Numbered from the stretch's first letter, positions 1 to 11,127 are shown. The stretch: 64,000 nucleotides of DNA from an uncultured Chloroflexia bacterium (GCA_963748625.1 CAVVJT010000006.1:1-64000); one strand, 5' to 3'. Numbers and translations: made by a program. The notes: a model not told the origin generated them from the sequence alone.

Positions 1-1073
1 ACATCGGCCCGGCCGAAGAGGAGGCCGTCCTGGAGGTCCTCCGGTCCGGCATGCTCGCCATGGGCCGCAGGACGATCGCCTTCGAGGAGGCCTGGGCCGC
101 GTACTGCGGCGTCAAGCACGCCGTGCTGATGAGCAACGGCACCGTGGCCCAGGAGGCCGTGCTGCACGCGCTGGGCATCGGCCCGGGCGACGAGGTCATC
201 ACGGTCTCGTTCAGCTTCAATGCGACGGTCAGCGTGATCCTGCGCGCCGGTGCCACGCCCGTCCTCGTGGACGTCCGCGCGGACGACTTCTGCATGGACC
301 CGGCGCAGGTCGAGGCGGCGATCACGCCCCGGACCAAGGCGATCATGCCGGTCCACCTGTACGGCCTCATGGCCGACATGGATCCGCTCGTCGAGATCGC
401 GGCGCGCCACGGCCTCGTGATCATCGAGGACGCCGCGCAGGCCCACGGCGCCGCCTACCGCGGGAAGCGCGCGGGGCAGTTCGGCCCGGCGATGTTCAGC
501 CTCTACGCCACCAAGAACCTGATGACCGGCGAGGGCGGCTTCGCGACGACCGACGACGACGGCGTGGCGGACCGGCTGAGGCTGTTTCGCAACCACGGGA
601 TGCGCGTCCGGTACCACCACGAGGAACTGGGCACCAACTTCAAGCCCACGGACCTCGCGGCGGCGATCGGCCTCGCGCAGCTGGGACGCCTCGACGAGCG
701 CACGGACCGCCGCCGCCACAACGCCACCTACCTCGCCGCGCAGCTCGGTGGCGACTACCTCGTCCCATCCGTGCCCGAGGGTCGCGACCACGTCTGGCAC
801 CAGTTCGTGATGCGCTTCCCCGGCGAGCGGCAGGCCGTCATCGACGGGCTGACCGAGCGCGGCATCGGGACGCTGATCTACTACCCGATCCCGATCCACA
901 AGCAGGCCTACCTGCAGACCTTCATGCCGGGTGCGGCGGACCTCGACCTCCCGGTCACGAACCGGCTGTCCGACGAGGTGCTCGCGATCCCGGTCCACCC
1001 GATGCTCTCGGACGGGGACCTGGCGACGATCGTGGAGGCCGTGCGCGCCGTCGCGACGCCGGTGGCCCGGTGA
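1..1073 (+). CDS. DegT/DnrJ/EryC1/StrS family PLP-dependent sugar aminotransferase (WbpE-like), 5'-truncated by the window edge
   Basis: Frame is open from nt 3 (IGPAEEEAVLEVLRSGML); motifs PVHLYG, IEDAAQAHGA and SLYATKNLMTGEGG (PLP lysine). Confidence 0.93.
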   Translation, partial: IGPAEEEAVLEVLRSGMLAMGRRTIAFEEAWAAYCGVKHAVLMSNGTVAQEAVLHALGIGPGDEVITVSFSFNATVSVILRAGATPVLVDVRADDFCMDPAQVEAAITPRTKAIMPVHLYGLMADMDPLVEIAARHGLVIIEDAAQAHGAAYRGKRAGQFGPAMFSLYATKNLMTGEGGFATTDDDGVADRLRLFRNHGMRVRYHHEELGTNFKPTDLAAAIGLAQLGRLDERTDRRRHNATYLAAQLGGDYLVPSVPEGRDHVWHQFVMRFPGERQAVIDGLTERGIGTLIYYPIPIHKQAYLQTFMPGAADLDLPVTNRLSDEVLAIPVHPMLSDGDLATIVEAVRAVATPVAR

Positions 1074-2101
1074 CCGGACAGGTGGGCGGCGACAAGCTCC
1101 GCATCGGTCTTGTCGGCCTGGGCTCCATGGGCCGCAACCACGTGCGCGTCGTGGCCGGGCACCCGGAGACGCGCCTGGCCGCGGTCGCCGACCCGGACGC
1201 CGACGCCGTGGCGGCCGTCACCTCCCAGACCGGTGCCGTGGGCTTCACGGACCCGATGGCGATGATCGCCGCGAGCGAGCTCGACGGGATCATCATCGCC
1301 GCCCCCACGACATTCCACAGCCCGCTGGCCCACGCGGCGATCGCGCGCGGCGTGCCGGTCCTCGTGGAGAAGCCGCTTGCCGCGACCTACGCCGAGGCGC
1401 TGGCGATCGTTGCCGCGGGCCGCGCGGCCGGCGTGCCGGTCCAGGTGGGCCACGTCGAACGCTACAACCCCGCGGTCCTGCGCCTCGGCCAGCTGCTGCA
1501 CGAGGGCTGGCTCACCAGCATCTTCGCCATCGTCAGCCGGCGTGCGGGCCCGTTCCCGGCGCGCATCCGCGACGTCGGCGTGACCGTCGACCTCGCCACC
1601 CACGACGCCGACATGCTGAGCTGGGTGGCCGGCGAGCGGCCGACGCGCGTCTACGCGGAGCTGGCCCAGCGCAAGCACGCCTCGCACGAGGACCTGCTGT
1701 TCGGGCTGTTGCACTTTCCGTCGGGCGCGTCCGGGATGCTCGACGTGAACTGGCTCACGCCGGCCAAGCGCCGCCAACTCACCGTCATCGGCGAGGAGGG
1801 CATGTTCGAGCTCGACTACCTCACCCAGCGCCTGACCTTCACGAAGTCGGACCTGGCCCAGGGCTCGCTCATTGCCGGCTACGCCCCGACGTTCACGGGC
1901 GACGTGCTCGAGATCGAGGTCGAGACCCACGAGCCCCTCAAGGCGCAGCTCGACGCCTTCGTCCGCACCGTCCGCACCGGCGATCGGCCCTACGTCGACG
2001 GCGAGGACGGTGCCTGGGCGGTCCACATCGCGACAGCACTCCTCGAGGCGGCGTCCACCGTGACGCCCGTGTTCCTCGACCGCGACGGCGCGACTGCGTG
2101 A
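1070..2101 (+). CDS. Gfo/Idh/MocA family NAD-dependent oxidoreductase (WbpB/WlbA-like)
   Basis: GLVGLGSMG Rossmann motif, VLVEKP, GHVERYNPA, DLATHD; GTGA overlap with the upstream gene. Confidence 0.92.
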   Translation: MTGQVGGDKLRIGLVGLGSMGRNHVRVVAGHPETRLAAVADPDADAVAAVTSQTGAVGFTDPMAMIAASELDGIIIAAPTTFHSPLAHAAIARGVPVLVEKPLAATYAEALAIVAAGRAAGVPVQVGHVERYNPAVLRLGQLLHEGWLTSIFAIVSRRAGPFPARIRDVGVTVDLATHDADMLSWVAGERPTRVYAELAQRKHASHEDLLFGLLHFPSGASGMLDVNWLTPAKRRQLTVIGEEGMFELDYLTQRLTFTKSDLAQGSLIAGYAPTFTGDVLEIEVETHEPLKAQLDAFVRTVRTGDRPYVDGEDGAWAVHIATALLEAASTVTPVFLDRDGATA

Positions 2102-3519
2102 GCATCGTCAGCCGTCCCTCCACCGGCGCGTCGATGCTCGGCGGCTCGATCACCGTGCCGCCCAGCCCGTGCGTCCATGCCCCGGCGCGGACGGTCGACG
2201 CCTGGACGGGCGAGGCCGGGACCGCGGGCACCGTGGCCGTCGTCGGCGCCGGCAAGATGGGCCTTCCCCTCGCCGCGCAGTTCGCGAGCCACGGCTGGCG
2301 CGTGGTCGCGGTGGATGTCAACCCGGCCGTCGTGGACGCCATCAACGCCGGCCGCTCGCATGTGGGCGAGGAGCCAGGGCTCGAGGAGCTCGTCGCCCGC
2401 GTCCACGCCGAGGCCCGCCTCCGGGCCACGCTCGATGCCGCCGAGGCCGCCCGCGCCGCGGACGTCGTCGTCCTCATCGTCCCCGTCATGCTCGACGCGG
2501 ACCGGCAGCCCGACTACCGCTACATGGACCCGGCCGTCGCCTCCATCGCCCCCGGCGTCCACGCCGGGAGCACGGTGATCTTCGAGACGACGCTGCCCAT
2601 CGGCGACACGCGCCGCCGGTTCGCACCGGCCCTCGAGCGCGCGTCAGGCCTCGTCGCGGATCACGACTTCTTCGTCGCGTTCTCCCCCGAGCGCCTGTTC
2701 TCGGGTGCCGTGCTCGCGAACCTCGCCGCGTACCCCAAGCTCGTGGGCGGGATCGGCGCGGCGTCCACGGACCGGGCCGCCCAGTTCTACGCCTCGGTGC
2801 TCGACGCCGAGGTCGTCGCCATGTCCTCGTCCGAGGCCGCCGAGTTCAGCAAGCTCGCCGACACCACGTACCGCGACGTCAACATCGCGCTCGCCAACGA
2901 GTTCGCCCGCGCGGCAGACGCCCACGGCATCGACGTCACCGAGGTCATCGCGGCCGCCAACAGCCAGCCCTACAGCCACATCCACCAGCCGGGGATCGGC
3001 GTCGGGGGGCACTGCATCCCCGTCTACCCGCACCTGCTGCTCGCGCGCGCCCCCGGCCTGCGCCTCGTGGAGACGGCGCGCGAGGTGAACGACGGGCAGA
3101 CGGGGCGGGCGATCGCGGCGCTCGGGGCGATCCTGGGCGACCTCGCCGGGGTCCCGGTCCTGGTGCTGGGCATCACATACCGCGAGGGCGTCAAGGAGCT
3201 CGCGTACAGCCGGGCGCTCCCGCTGATCGACGAGCTGCGCGCGGCCGGCGCGGACGTCGCGGCCTACGACCCGCTCATGGATCCCGCGGAGATCGAGGCA
3301 CTCGGCGCCCGGGCGTGGACCTGGGGCGAGCCAGGGCCGTTCCGGGCCGTCGTGACCCAGACCGCCGACCGCGCCTTCGCCGGGCTGGACCCGGCCTGGT
3401 TCCCGGCGCTCGATGCCGTCTACGACGGGCGCAACAGCCTCCGGGGCCTCGCACTGCCCGAGGGCGTGGCGTATGTCGGCGTCGGCGTCCAGGCGGCGAC
3501 CCGCGGCGGGCACGCGTAG
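2098..3519 (+). CDS. Nucleotide-sugar dehydrogenase (UDP-GlcNAc/ManNAc 6-dehydrogenase family)
   Basis: C-terminal part of track ORF 931..3519; GTG at 2098 overlaps the upstream TGA; [21 protein letters not shown] (catalytic Cys). Confidence 0.9.
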   Translation: MSIVSRPSTGASMLGGSITVPPSPCVHAPARTVDAWTGEAGTAGTVAVVGAGKMGLPLAAQFASHGWRVVAVDVNPAVVDAINAGRSHVGEEPGLEELVARVHAEARLRATLDAAEAARAADVVVLIVPVMLDADRQPDYRYMDPAVASIAPGVHAGSTVIFETTLPIGDTRRRFAPALERASGLVADHDFFVAFSPERLFSGAVLANLAAYPKLVGGIGAASTDRAAQFYASVLDAEVVAMSSSEAAEFSKLADTTYRDVNIALANEFARAADAHGIDVTEVIAAANSQPYSHIHQPGIGVGGHCIPVYPHLLLARAPGLRLVETAREVNDGQTGRAIAALGAILGDLAGVPVLVLGITYREGVKELAYSRALPLIDELRAAGADVAAYDPLMDPAEIEALGARAWTWGEPGPFRAVVTQTADRAFAGLDPAWFPALDAVYDGRNSLRGLALPEGVAYVGVGVQAATRGGHA

Positions 3520-3522
3520 CCC

Positions 3523-4635
3523 GTGCGGATCGTCAGCGTCGTCGGCACGCGACCGCAGCTGATCAAGGCCGCGGCGCTCGCACCGGTCCTCCGGCGCGAC
3601 CACGACGAGGTCTTCGTCGACACCGGCCAGCACTGGGACGAGGCGATGGCGGGCGGCTTCTTCCGCGAGCTGGACCTGCCCAGGCCGGACCACACGCTCG
3701 GCATCGGCGGCGGCACCCACGGCGAGCAGACGGCGAGGATGCTCGAGCGCCTCGAGCCCATCCTCGTCGCGGAACGGCCGGACGCGGTCCTCGTCTACGG
3801 CGACACGAATTCCACGCTCGTCGGCGCGCTGGCGGCCGCCAAGCTCGGCATCCCGGTGGCGCACGTCGAGGCGGGGCTGCGCAGCTTCGACCGGCGCATG
3901 CCCGAGGAACTCAACCGGGTCATGGCGGACCACCTCTCGACGTGGCTCTTCGCGCCGACCCCCACGGCCGTCGACAACCTGGCCGCCGAGGGCATCCGCG
4001 ACGGCGTGCGGCTCGTCGGCGACCTGATGCAGGACCTCGCCGCGCGGGTCGCCGCCGAGGTGCGGGATCCGTCGGCGCTTGCGGGGATCGCCGCCGCCCT
4101 GCACCTCCCTCTCACGCCTGGCGGGTATGCGTTCGCGACCGTCCACCGAGCCGAGAACCGCGACCCGGACGCGCTGCGCGCCTGGTCGTCGCTGCTGGCC
4201 TCGGTCGCGGCGGACCGGCCGGTCGTGCTCGCGCTCCACCCGGGGACAGCTGCCGTACTCGAGGGCGCGGGGATCCGCCTTGCGGACGGCGTGCACGTCG
4301 TGGCGCCGCAGGGCTACCGCACGACGCTGGCGCTCCAGCTCCATGCCGCTGCGGTCCTCACCGACTCCGGCGGGGTGCAGCGCGAGGCCGCCTGGCTGCG
4401 GACCCCGTGCCTCATCCTGCGTGGTCGCACCGAGTGGGTGGAGGCCGTGGCCGGATCCGAGGGCCGCATGGTGATCGTGGGCCTCGACGAGGCACTCGCC
4501 GTCCGGGAGCTGGCACGGCTCGCCGACCCGCGCGAGGCACCGGCGCTCGCCGTCGAGCGGGCCCGGACACTGGCCCTGGCGCCGGCCGGCGCGGCCGAGG
4601 CGATCAGCGAGGCCCTGCGCGGAGGTCCGGGATGA
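3523..4635 (+). CDS. wecB: UDP-N-acetylglucosamine 2-epimerase (non-hydrolysing), WecB/WbpI-like
   Basis: VGTRPQLIK, DTGQH, VYGDTNST, HVEAGLRS, PEELNR, TDSGGVQREA. Confidence 0.93.
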   Translation: MRIVSVVGTRPQLIKAAALAPVLRRDHDEVFVDTGQHWDEAMAGGFFRELDLPRPDHTLGIGGGTHGEQTARMLERLEPILVAERPDAVLVYGDTNSTLVGALAAAKLGIPVAHVEAGLRSFDRRMPEELNRVMADHLSTWLFAPTPTAVDNLAAEGIRDGVRLVGDLMQDLAARVAAEVRDPSALAGIAAALHLPLTPGGYAFATVHRAENRDPDALRAWSSLLASVAADRPVVLALHPGTAAVLEGAGIRLADGVHVVAPQGYRTTLALQLHAAAVLTDSGGVQREAAWLRTPCLILRGRTEWVEAVAGSEGRMVIVGLDEALAVRELARLADPREAPALAVERARTLALAPAGAAEAISEALRGGPG

Positions 4636-6065
4636 GCGGGCCAGATCGCCGACGTCTCCGCGTCGCGATGTACGTCGCCAACGACGCCTCGCGCGACACG
4701 CGGGTGCTCCGGGAGGCCGACGCCCTGGCGGCAGCCGGTCATGACGTCGTCCTTGTCGCGCGGCTCTCGGCCGATGTCGAGCTGCCGACCGAGGAGCAGC
4801 GCCCTTCAGGGGTCCGCCTCGTCCGAGTCCCGCGTGACTACGGCCTGGAGGCCCGGTGGCGCAACGTCCAGCAGCGGGCTGGCTATCCATGGCGGGCACG
4901 CAGGGTCGTCGCCCGTGGGTGGCTCAGGAATCTGCGGGCCGGACCCTCCGGTTGGCCCCGTGCAGGCGCCAAGCTGCTGGCGATCCTGGTGGCGCTGCCC
5001 TGGATCGTCTACAGGCTGCTCTCCTACAGGCTCGTCGGAGATCGGGCGCCAGGGATGAGACGGCATGGCCAGCTCGACTACGTCATGTCCTGGCGCCGGT
5101 CGGTGATCCCGTGGGCCCACGCAGCCGCCGGCGTTGCCCCTGACGCCGACGTTCACCATGGCCATGACGTGGATGGGCTCGTTGCCGCGGTCGCCGCTGC
5201 GGACAGGAGCGGCGGGCTGGTTGTCTACGACAGCCACGAGCTTTACCCGGAGTCGGGACGGAACGCGCGCCAGGGCAGGCTTGCTCGCTTCTGGTTGCGT
5301 TCGCTCGAACGCCGCCTGGCGCGGCACGCCGTCGCGCTCGTGACGGTCAACAGGACACTCGAGGAGATCCTCCGGAAGAACCTGGGCTTCTCACGATCGG
5401 TGGTCGTGCACAATGCGCCACCTCGCTGGACGCCGCCCGATCCGGCCCCGGACCTGCTTCGGGAACGGTTGGGTCTGCAGCCCGAGGCCCGGATCGCCCT
5501 GTATCACGGCAGGCTCTCAGAGGTCCGGGGGCTTCGTCAACTCGTCGAGGCGGTGCTTCGACCCGGCATGGACGATGTCCACCTCGTACTCCTCGGCTAC
5601 GGACCCCTTCGCGACGAGTTGGCCGCGAGGGCAGCCGACGCGGAGTCCGGTAGGCGCGTCCACCTGCTCGATGCCGTGCCACCCGACGAGCTGGCCGCCT
5701 GGGTCGCCTCAGCGGATGTCGGCGTCATGCCCAATCAGCCGGCCACCGCGAATGAGCGACTGTCAACGCCGAACAAGCTCTTCGAGTCGATGGCCGTCGG
5801 GCTCCCGGTCGTGTCGTCCGACTTCCCGGAACGTCGCCGGATCATCCTCGGCGACCCTGCGGGTCCGCTCGGTGCCGTCTGTGATCCCACCAGCCCCGAG
5901 GCGATCGCCACCGCGATCCGGTCGATCGTGGATCTCCCGGCGGCCGAGCGCGCGGCATTGCGCAGCCGAATCCTCCGTGCCGCCCACGAACGCTGGAACT
6001 GGGAGACCGAGAGCGCCCGCCTCGTTGCCCTCTACGAGCAACTGGCAGTGGAGCTCTCGTCATGA
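4632..6065 (+). CDS. Glycosyltransferase family 4 (GT-B)
   Basis: ATG at 4632 overlaps the wecB stop; DTRVLREA, VYDSHELY, PNKLFESMAVGLPVVSSD, WNWE. Confidence 0.9.
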   Translation: MSGPDRRRLRVAMYVANDASRDTRVLREADALAAAGHDVVLVARLSADVELPTEEQRPSGVRLVRVPRDYGLEARWRNVQQRAGYPWRARRVVARGWLRNLRAGPSGWPRAGAKLLAILVALPWIVYRLLSYRLVGDRAPGMRRHGQLDYVMSWRRSVIPWAHAAAGVAPDADVHHGHDVDGLVAAVAAADRSGGLVVYDSHELYPESGRNARQGRLARFWLRSLERRLARHAVALVTVNRTLEEILRKNLGFSRSVVVHNAPPRWTPPDPAPDLLRERLGLQPEARIALYHGRLSEVRGLRQLVEAVLRPGMDDVHLVLLGYGPLRDELAARAADAESGRRVHLLDAVPPDELAAWVASADVGVMPNQPATANERLSTPNKLFESMAVGLPVVSSDFPERRRIILGDPAGPLGAVCDPTSPEAIATAIRSIVDLPAAERAALRSRILRAAHERWNWETESARLVALYEQLAVELSS

Positions 6066-6183
6066 TGGGGCCTGGTTTCGGGGTCTCTGCTCGGAGGCTC
6101 ACGATCGGGAGACTCGTCAGCGTGCGTCTCCGGGCGATCCATGGCCCGCTCCCGCTCCTGCGCCCGCGCGCGCGCCGCAAGCC

Positions 6184-7551
6184 GTGAGCAGCCCCGCCCG
6201 CCGCGCGGTCGTCCTCGTGGGCGGTCCTGCTCGGCCCTACTCGCGGGCGCTGCGGATCGCGCGCACGCTTGTGGGGGAGGGCTATGACGTCGAGATCGCC
6301 GCGATCTCGACGAGCGGGATGCCCGAGGTCGAGCGCGACGGGCCGGTGACGGTCCGCCGGTACGTGCCCAGCGGATGGTTCGCCCGGTTCGCGACTCACC
6401 ACATCGCCCTGGATGCGGGCCCGGGTGCCCGCGCCGGTGGCACCCCACCCCTCGCATCGGCGACCCCGCCACGAGCGCTGCCCGCCCGGAAGGTGGGCTG
6501 GCTGCGCTCCCGGGCGCGGCAGATCGTCCGCTACCTGCGCAAGCGCCGCAGATGGGTGTTGTGGCCCGAGACCACGCGCGCGTGGTGGGCGACCCTCGAC
6601 CGGGAGCTGGCCCCGGCCGACCTGTACCACGCGTGTGGCGGGCTGACGGTCGCGGCCGCGCTTGCCGCGGCACGGAAGGACCGCCGGTCCGGGCGCCGGT
6701 CCGTCGTCATCTTCGACGCCGTCGACAACACGTTCGAGGGCAACAGCATGGTCGCGATCCCCCGTGTGCTGCGGCGCATCCACCTCGCCCGCGAACGGCG
6801 ATGGGCTCGGGCGGCCGACGCACGCACGACCGTCAACGAGGCGCTCGCCACGCGGCTGGCCGCGCGCTGGGGCGTGGAGCTGCCCGCCGTCATTCCCAAC
6901 TGGCCCGAGCCGCCGTCGCCCGGCGTCGCGGAGGGGTCTGACCGGATCAGGCAGGCGCTCGGACTTTCGCCCGAGATGCGGATCGTCCTGTTCCAGGGCC
7001 GGCTGAGCCCGAACCTCGGGCTCGACGAGGCGGCGGAGGCCGTGCTCCGCGTCGACCGGGCGTGCCTCGTGCTCCTCGGGTTCGGCGTCTGGCTGGAGCG
7101 CTGCCGGGCCCGGGATCGGGAGCCGCGGTTCACCGGACGGCACTTCACGCTGCCGGCCGTCCACCCCGACGAGCTGCCGTGGTGGACGGCGTCCGCCGAC
7201 GTCTCGCTGCTCACGCTCCCGCCGGTCTCGCTCAACCAGCGCGAGTCGACGCCCAACAAGTTCTGGGAATCGCTCCTTGTCGGTACGCCGGTCGTCGTCG
7301 GCCCCCGGCTCGACGTGATGGCGCGCATCGTCGACGAGGCCGGCGCGGGGGTTGTCGCCGCGTCGCTCGAACCGGAGGCAGTCGCCGAGGCGATCCGGAG
7401 CGTGCTCGATGTCGACCCGCTGGAGCGGGTGGCACGTCGCCGACGGGTGGCCGCCATCGCCGCCGAGCGCTACACGTGGCCCTCCGCCGCGAGCCACTAC
7501 CGGGACCTCGTGCGCAGGACCGCGCGCTCTTCAGCGCCGGGTCACGAATGA
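6184..7551 (+). CDS. Glycosyltransferase family 4 (GT-B)
   Basis: C-terminal part of track ORF 5413..7551, GTG at 6184; LFQGRL, TPNKFWESLLVGTPVV, RYTW. Start is approximate. Confidence 0.85.
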   Translation: MSSPARRAVVLVGGPARPYSRALRIARTLVGEGYDVEIAAISTSGMPEVERDGPVTVRRYVPSGWFARFATHHIALDAGPGARAGGTPPLASATPPRALPARKVGWLRSRARQIVRYLRKRRRWVLWPETTRAWWATLDRELAPADLYHACGGLTVAAALAAARKDRRSGRRSVVIFDAVDNTFEGNSMVAIPRVLRRIHLARERRWARAADARTTVNEALATRLAARWGVELPAVIPNWPEPPSPGVAEGSDRIRQALGLSPEMRIVLFQGRLSPNLGLDEAAEAVLRVDRACLVLLGFGVWLERCRARDREPRFTGRHFTLPAVHPDELPWWTASADVSLLTLPPVSLNQRESTPNKFWESLLVGTPVVVGPRLDVMARIVDEAGAGVVAASLEPEAVAEAIRSVLDVDPLERVARRRRVAAIAAERYTWPSAASHYRDLVRRTARSSAPGHE

Positions 7552-9695
7552 GCGAGAAGTCGGGCTTCCGCCCGGATCTCGAGGGGCTACGGGGGGTCGC
7601 GGTCCTCCTCGTCCTCCTCTACCACGCGCGCGCCCCGCTCGTTCGCGGCGGGTTCATCGGCGTGGACGTGTTCTTCGTCCTGTCCGGCTTCCTCATCACC
7701 GGGATCATCGTCCGCGAGCTGATGGGCACCGGCCGGCTGAGCCTGTCCGGGTTCTATGCGCGCCGGGCGCGGCGGCTCCTCCCCGCGGCCGCGCTGGTGC
7801 TCGTCGTCACGATGATCGCCTCGGCGATTCTCCTGCCGCCGCTCCGGGTGCCCGCCGTGGCCGACGACACGATCAGCGCCGCGCTGTACGTGTCGAACAT
7901 CCGCTTCGCCGTCCAGGCCACGGACTACCTCGGCTCCGAGCTGGCACCATCGCCGGTGCTCCACTTCTGGAGCCTCAGCGTCGAGGAGCAGTTCTACATC
8001 TTCTGGCCCACCCTCCTGGCGGTGGTCGCCGGCACGACGTTCCTGCGGGGCCGGCACGACGCGGGCATCCGCCGCCTCGCGATCGTCCTCGCCGCCGTGC
8101 TGGTGGGGTCGCTCGGCCTGTCGATCTGGCTCACCGGCACGAATCAGCCGTGGGCGTTCTTCTCGCTCCCGACCCGGGCCTGGGAGCTCGCGCTTGGCGG
8201 ACTCCTCGCGCTGCCCGGCGCCGCCCGATGGGTCCCGGCCCGCGCAGCCGCGCCGGCCGGCTGGATCGGACTGGCGCTCATCGTGGCCGCCGGCCTGGTC
8301 CTCGACACGTCGGTCGCCTTTCCGGGCGTCGCTGCACTCGTCCCGACGATCGGAGCGGCCCTCGTCATCGCCGCGGGCCTCGGGGCCACGCCGGCAGGAG
8401 CCACGCGGTACGCCGCCGGTCGGGTGCTTGGTCTCGCGCCGATCCGCTTCCTGGGCCTGATCTCGTACTCGCTGTACCTCTGGCACTGGCCGATCCTCGC
8501 GCTGCCCGAGGCCGCGGCGGGCGAGGCGCTCCGGTGGCCCGTCCGGCTCGCGCTTGTCGGGCTCGCGATCGTGGCCGCCACCGCCACCCAGCGGTGGGTC
8601 GAGGACCCGATCCGCCACGGCCGCTACATCGGCCTGAAGACGCGCCGTTCGCTCGCCATGGCGGGTGTCCTGTCCGTCACGGTCGTCGCGATGACGGCGT
8701 CGATCGGGTTCGCCGCGGGCGCCGTGTCGTCGGGCGGCCCCGCCGTCGGCGGCGATGTCTCCAGCGTCGCGCTCCCGCCCGACCCGACGCCTTCGCCCGC
8801 CGCCTCGGCGTCCGCGCATCCCAGCAGTTCCCAGTTCTCTGGGGCCACGCCCACGCCGGCCGCGACGCTGCCGCCGCTCGCTGCGGCCCCAGTGCCCGCG
8901 GACCTGGCGCCATCGCTCGCGACCGCGAGCAAGGACCTGCCGGTGATCTACGCCGATGACTGCCACCTGGACGTCCCCAGCGTCACCCCGGGTGACTGCG
9001 TCTTTGGCGAGGCCGGGAGCGACGTCACCGTCGTGCTGTTCGGTGACTCCCACGCCGCCCAGTGGTTCCCGGCGCTCGAGCGCCTGGCGACGGAGCGCGG
9101 CTGGCGGCTCGTCTCCCTGACGAAGTCTGCCTGCACCACCGCCGACATCGACATCTGGGCCGAGATCGTCAAGCGCACCTACGAGGAGTGCAGCCGCTGG
9201 CGGGAAGCCGCCCTGGGGCGCATGGCTGCCGAGCGGCCGGACCTGGTCGTCGTGTCGGACTCGCGCGGGTACAAGGCGATGGTCGGCGGCGTGGCGGTCC
9301 CGATCGCGGAGGTCAGGGACCAGTGGGACGCCGCATCGGGCCGTACCCTCGAGCGCCTCGCAGCCCTCGCCCGGCACGTCGTGGTGATCGGCGACACGCC
9401 GCGCGCCCAGGCGGATCCGCCGGTCTGCCTGTCGGCGAACCTCGACGATGCGAGGGCCTGCGCGATGCCGTTCGCCGACGTGGTGAACCCGGGCTGGACC
9501 GCGGGTGAAGCCGCCGTCGCCGCGGGGAGCGGTGCGGCGTTCATTGACCCGACGCCGTGGGTCTGTCGGACGGACCCCTGCCCGGCCGTGATCGGCCGCC
9601 TGCTCGTGTTCCGCGATCAGCACCACCTGACCGCGACGTACTCGCGGGCGCTCGCCGAGCGCCTGTACGCCCGTCTGCCGCAGATCGATCCGTAG
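7548..9695 (+). CDS. Acyltransferase-3 plus SGNH-domain O-acetyltransferase (OafA/OatA type)
   Basis: [49 protein letters not shown]; C-terminal GDSHA...DQHH SGNH motifs after a Pro/Ser/Thr linker. Confidence 0.93.
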   Translation: MSEKSGFRPDLEGLRGVAVLLVLLYHARAPLVRGGFIGVDVFFVLSGFLITGIIVRELMGTGRLSLSGFYARRARRLLPAAALVLVVTMIASAILLPPLRVPAVADDTISAALYVSNIRFAVQATDYLGSELAPSPVLHFWSLSVEEQFYIFWPTLLAVVAGTTFLRGRHDAGIRRLAIVLAAVLVGSLGLSIWLTGTNQPWAFFSLPTRAWELALGGLLALPGAARWVPARAAAPAGWIGLALIVAAGLVLDTSVAFPGVAALVPTIGAALVIAAGLGATPAGATRYAAGRVLGLAPIRFLGLISYSLYLWHWPILALPEAAAGEALRWPVRLALVGLAIVAATATQRWVEDPIRHGRYIGLKTRRSLAMAGVLSVTVVAMTASIGFAAGAVSSGGPAVGGDVSSVALPPDPTPSPAASASAHPSSSQFSGATPTPAATLPPLAAAPVPADLAPSLATASKDLPVIYADDCHLDVPSVTPGDCVFGEAGSDVTVVLFGDSHAAQWFPALERLATERGWRLVSLTKSACTTADIDIWAEIVKRTYEECSRWREAALGRMAAERPDLVVVSDSRGYKAMVGGVAVPIAEVRDQWDAASGRTLERLAALARHVVVIGDTPRAQADPPVCLSANLDDARACAMPFADVVNPGWTAGEAAVAAGSGAAFIDPTPWVCRTDPCPAVIGRLLVFRDQHHLTATYSRALAERLYARLPQIDP

Positions 9696-9712
9696 GCCGG
9701 CCCGAGCGCCGG

Positions 9713-11023
9713 TTACCTCGCCTGGTCCCCGGACCACCCGGCGCCGAGGCGCAGCACCTGCCGCGCGCGGATTGCGCGTCCACGAGAGCTGTTCACCGTG
9801 TCCACGACGAGCGGCGCCTCGGCGTAGAAGTGGTCCCAGTCGATCGCCTTGTGCGCCGTGACGACCACGAACACGTCCGCCCAGTGGAGCAGCGAGTCCA
9901 GCCCGACGCCCTCGTGCACGTACCCCGTGTCGTCACGGAACCGCTGGATCAGCGGGTCGTGGTAGCGGAGCTCGGCGCCGCGGGCGACGATGCCCGGCAG
10001 GACGGCTCCCGCGGGCGAGTTGCGCCCATCCTGCACGTCCGGCTTGAACGCCACCCCCACCACGCCCACGCGCGCTCGCTTGAGCGCCTTGCCGCGGTCG
10101 TTGAGGGCCTCGGCGACCAGGTCCACCACGTGGCGCGGCATGCCGAAGTTGATGTCGCCGGCGAGCTCGATGAAGCGCTCGGTGAAGTCGAACTCGCGGG
10201 CGCGCCAGGCCAGGTAGTACGGGTCCACCGGGATGCAGTGGCCGCCCACGCCCGGACCCGGCGTGAAGCGCATGAACCCGAACGGCTTGGTGGCCGCGGC
10301 GTCGATGATCTCCCACACGTCGAGACCCATCCGCTCGCACAGGAGCGCCAGCTGGTTGACGAACGCGATGTTGACGTTGCGGAACGTGTTCTCGAGCAGC
10401 TTGGCCATCTCGGCGGCGTCGGGCGAGGACATCGGGACCACCTGGTCGTTGACGTTTCGGAACAGGGCCGCGGCGCGCTCCGTGGCGGCCTCGGTCGAGC
10501 CGCCCACCAGGCGTGGGACGCCGCGCCCGGAGCTGGCCGGGTCGCCGGGGCTCACCCGCTCGGGCGCGAAGGCGAGGTCGAAGTCCGTGCCCGCGGTAAG
10601 CCCCGATGCCTCGATGACCTCGCGGAAGGGGCCGGTGGTCGTGCCCGGGAAGGTCGTGGACTGGAGGACGACGAGGTGCCCGGCCCGCAGTCCGTCGCGC
10701 ACGAAGGCCGCCGCCGCAAGGACGGGCCCGAGGTCCGGATCCTTGGTGGAGGTGATCGGCGTGGGGACGCACACGAACAGGGCGTCCGCGTCGCCCGGGC
10801 GCGCCTCGGCCGGGGAGACCACGCGCAGGTCGCCGTCGAGGGCGGCCGCCAGGCGCTTGTCGCTGACGTCGTCGATGGGGGAGTGGCGGGCGTTGAGCTC
10901 CTTGACACGGTCCGGCGACGCGTCCACGCCCTCGACCTCGAGGCCAGCCTCCGCGAAGGCGATCGCGAGGGGAAGCCCGACGTAGCCAAGGCCGATGATG
11001 GAGACGCGCCGATCCTGCGTCAT
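9713..11023 (-). CDS. Nucleotide-sugar dehydrogenase (UDP-GlcNAc 6-dehydrogenase, WbpA/WbpO-like)
   Basis: [54 protein letters not shown]. Confidence 0.93.
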   Translation of the reverse strand: MTQDRRVSIIGLGYVGLPLAIAFAEAGLEVEGVDASPDRVKELNARHSPIDDVSDKRLAAALDGDLRVVSPAEARPGDADALFVCVPTPITSTKDPDLGPVLAAAAFVRDGLRAGHLVVLQSTTFPGTTTGPFREVIEASGLTAGTDFDLAFAPERVSPGDPASSGRGVPRLVGGSTEAATERAAALFRNVNDQVVPMSSPDAAEMAKLLENTFRNVNIAFVNQLALLCERMGLDVWEIIDAAATKPFGFMRFTPGPGVGGHCIPVDPYYLAWRAREFDFTERFIELAGDINFGMPRHVVDLVAEALNDRGKALKRARVGVVGVAFKPDVQDGRNSPAGAVLPGIVARGAELRYHDPLIQRFRDDTGYVHEGVGLDSLLHWADVFVVVTAHKAIDWDHFYAEAPLVVDTVNSSRGRAIRARQVLRLGAGWSGDQAR

Positions 11024-11051
11024 GGGTCCTTCCGAGCCAGTGGCGGGGACT

Positions 11052-11127
11052 TGGGGTGGCCTACGGGGCTCGAACCCGCAACCTTCGGAGCCACAATCCG
11101 ATGCTCTGCCATTGAGCTAAGGCCACC
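11052..11127 (-). tRNA. tRNA-His (GTG) with encoded G-1 and CCA
   Basis: Reverse complement G-GTGGCCT-TA-GCTCAATGGCAGAGC-A-TCGGA-TTGTGGC-TCCGA-AGGTT-GCGGG-TTCGAGC-CCCGT-AGGCCAC-C-CCA folds into a cloverleaf with anticodon GTG. Confidence 0.97.

Noticed and set aside
9713-11127. tRNA-His as the attachment site of an integrated polysaccharide island
   Set aside because: No integrase and no duplicated tRNA 3' end are visible in the window.
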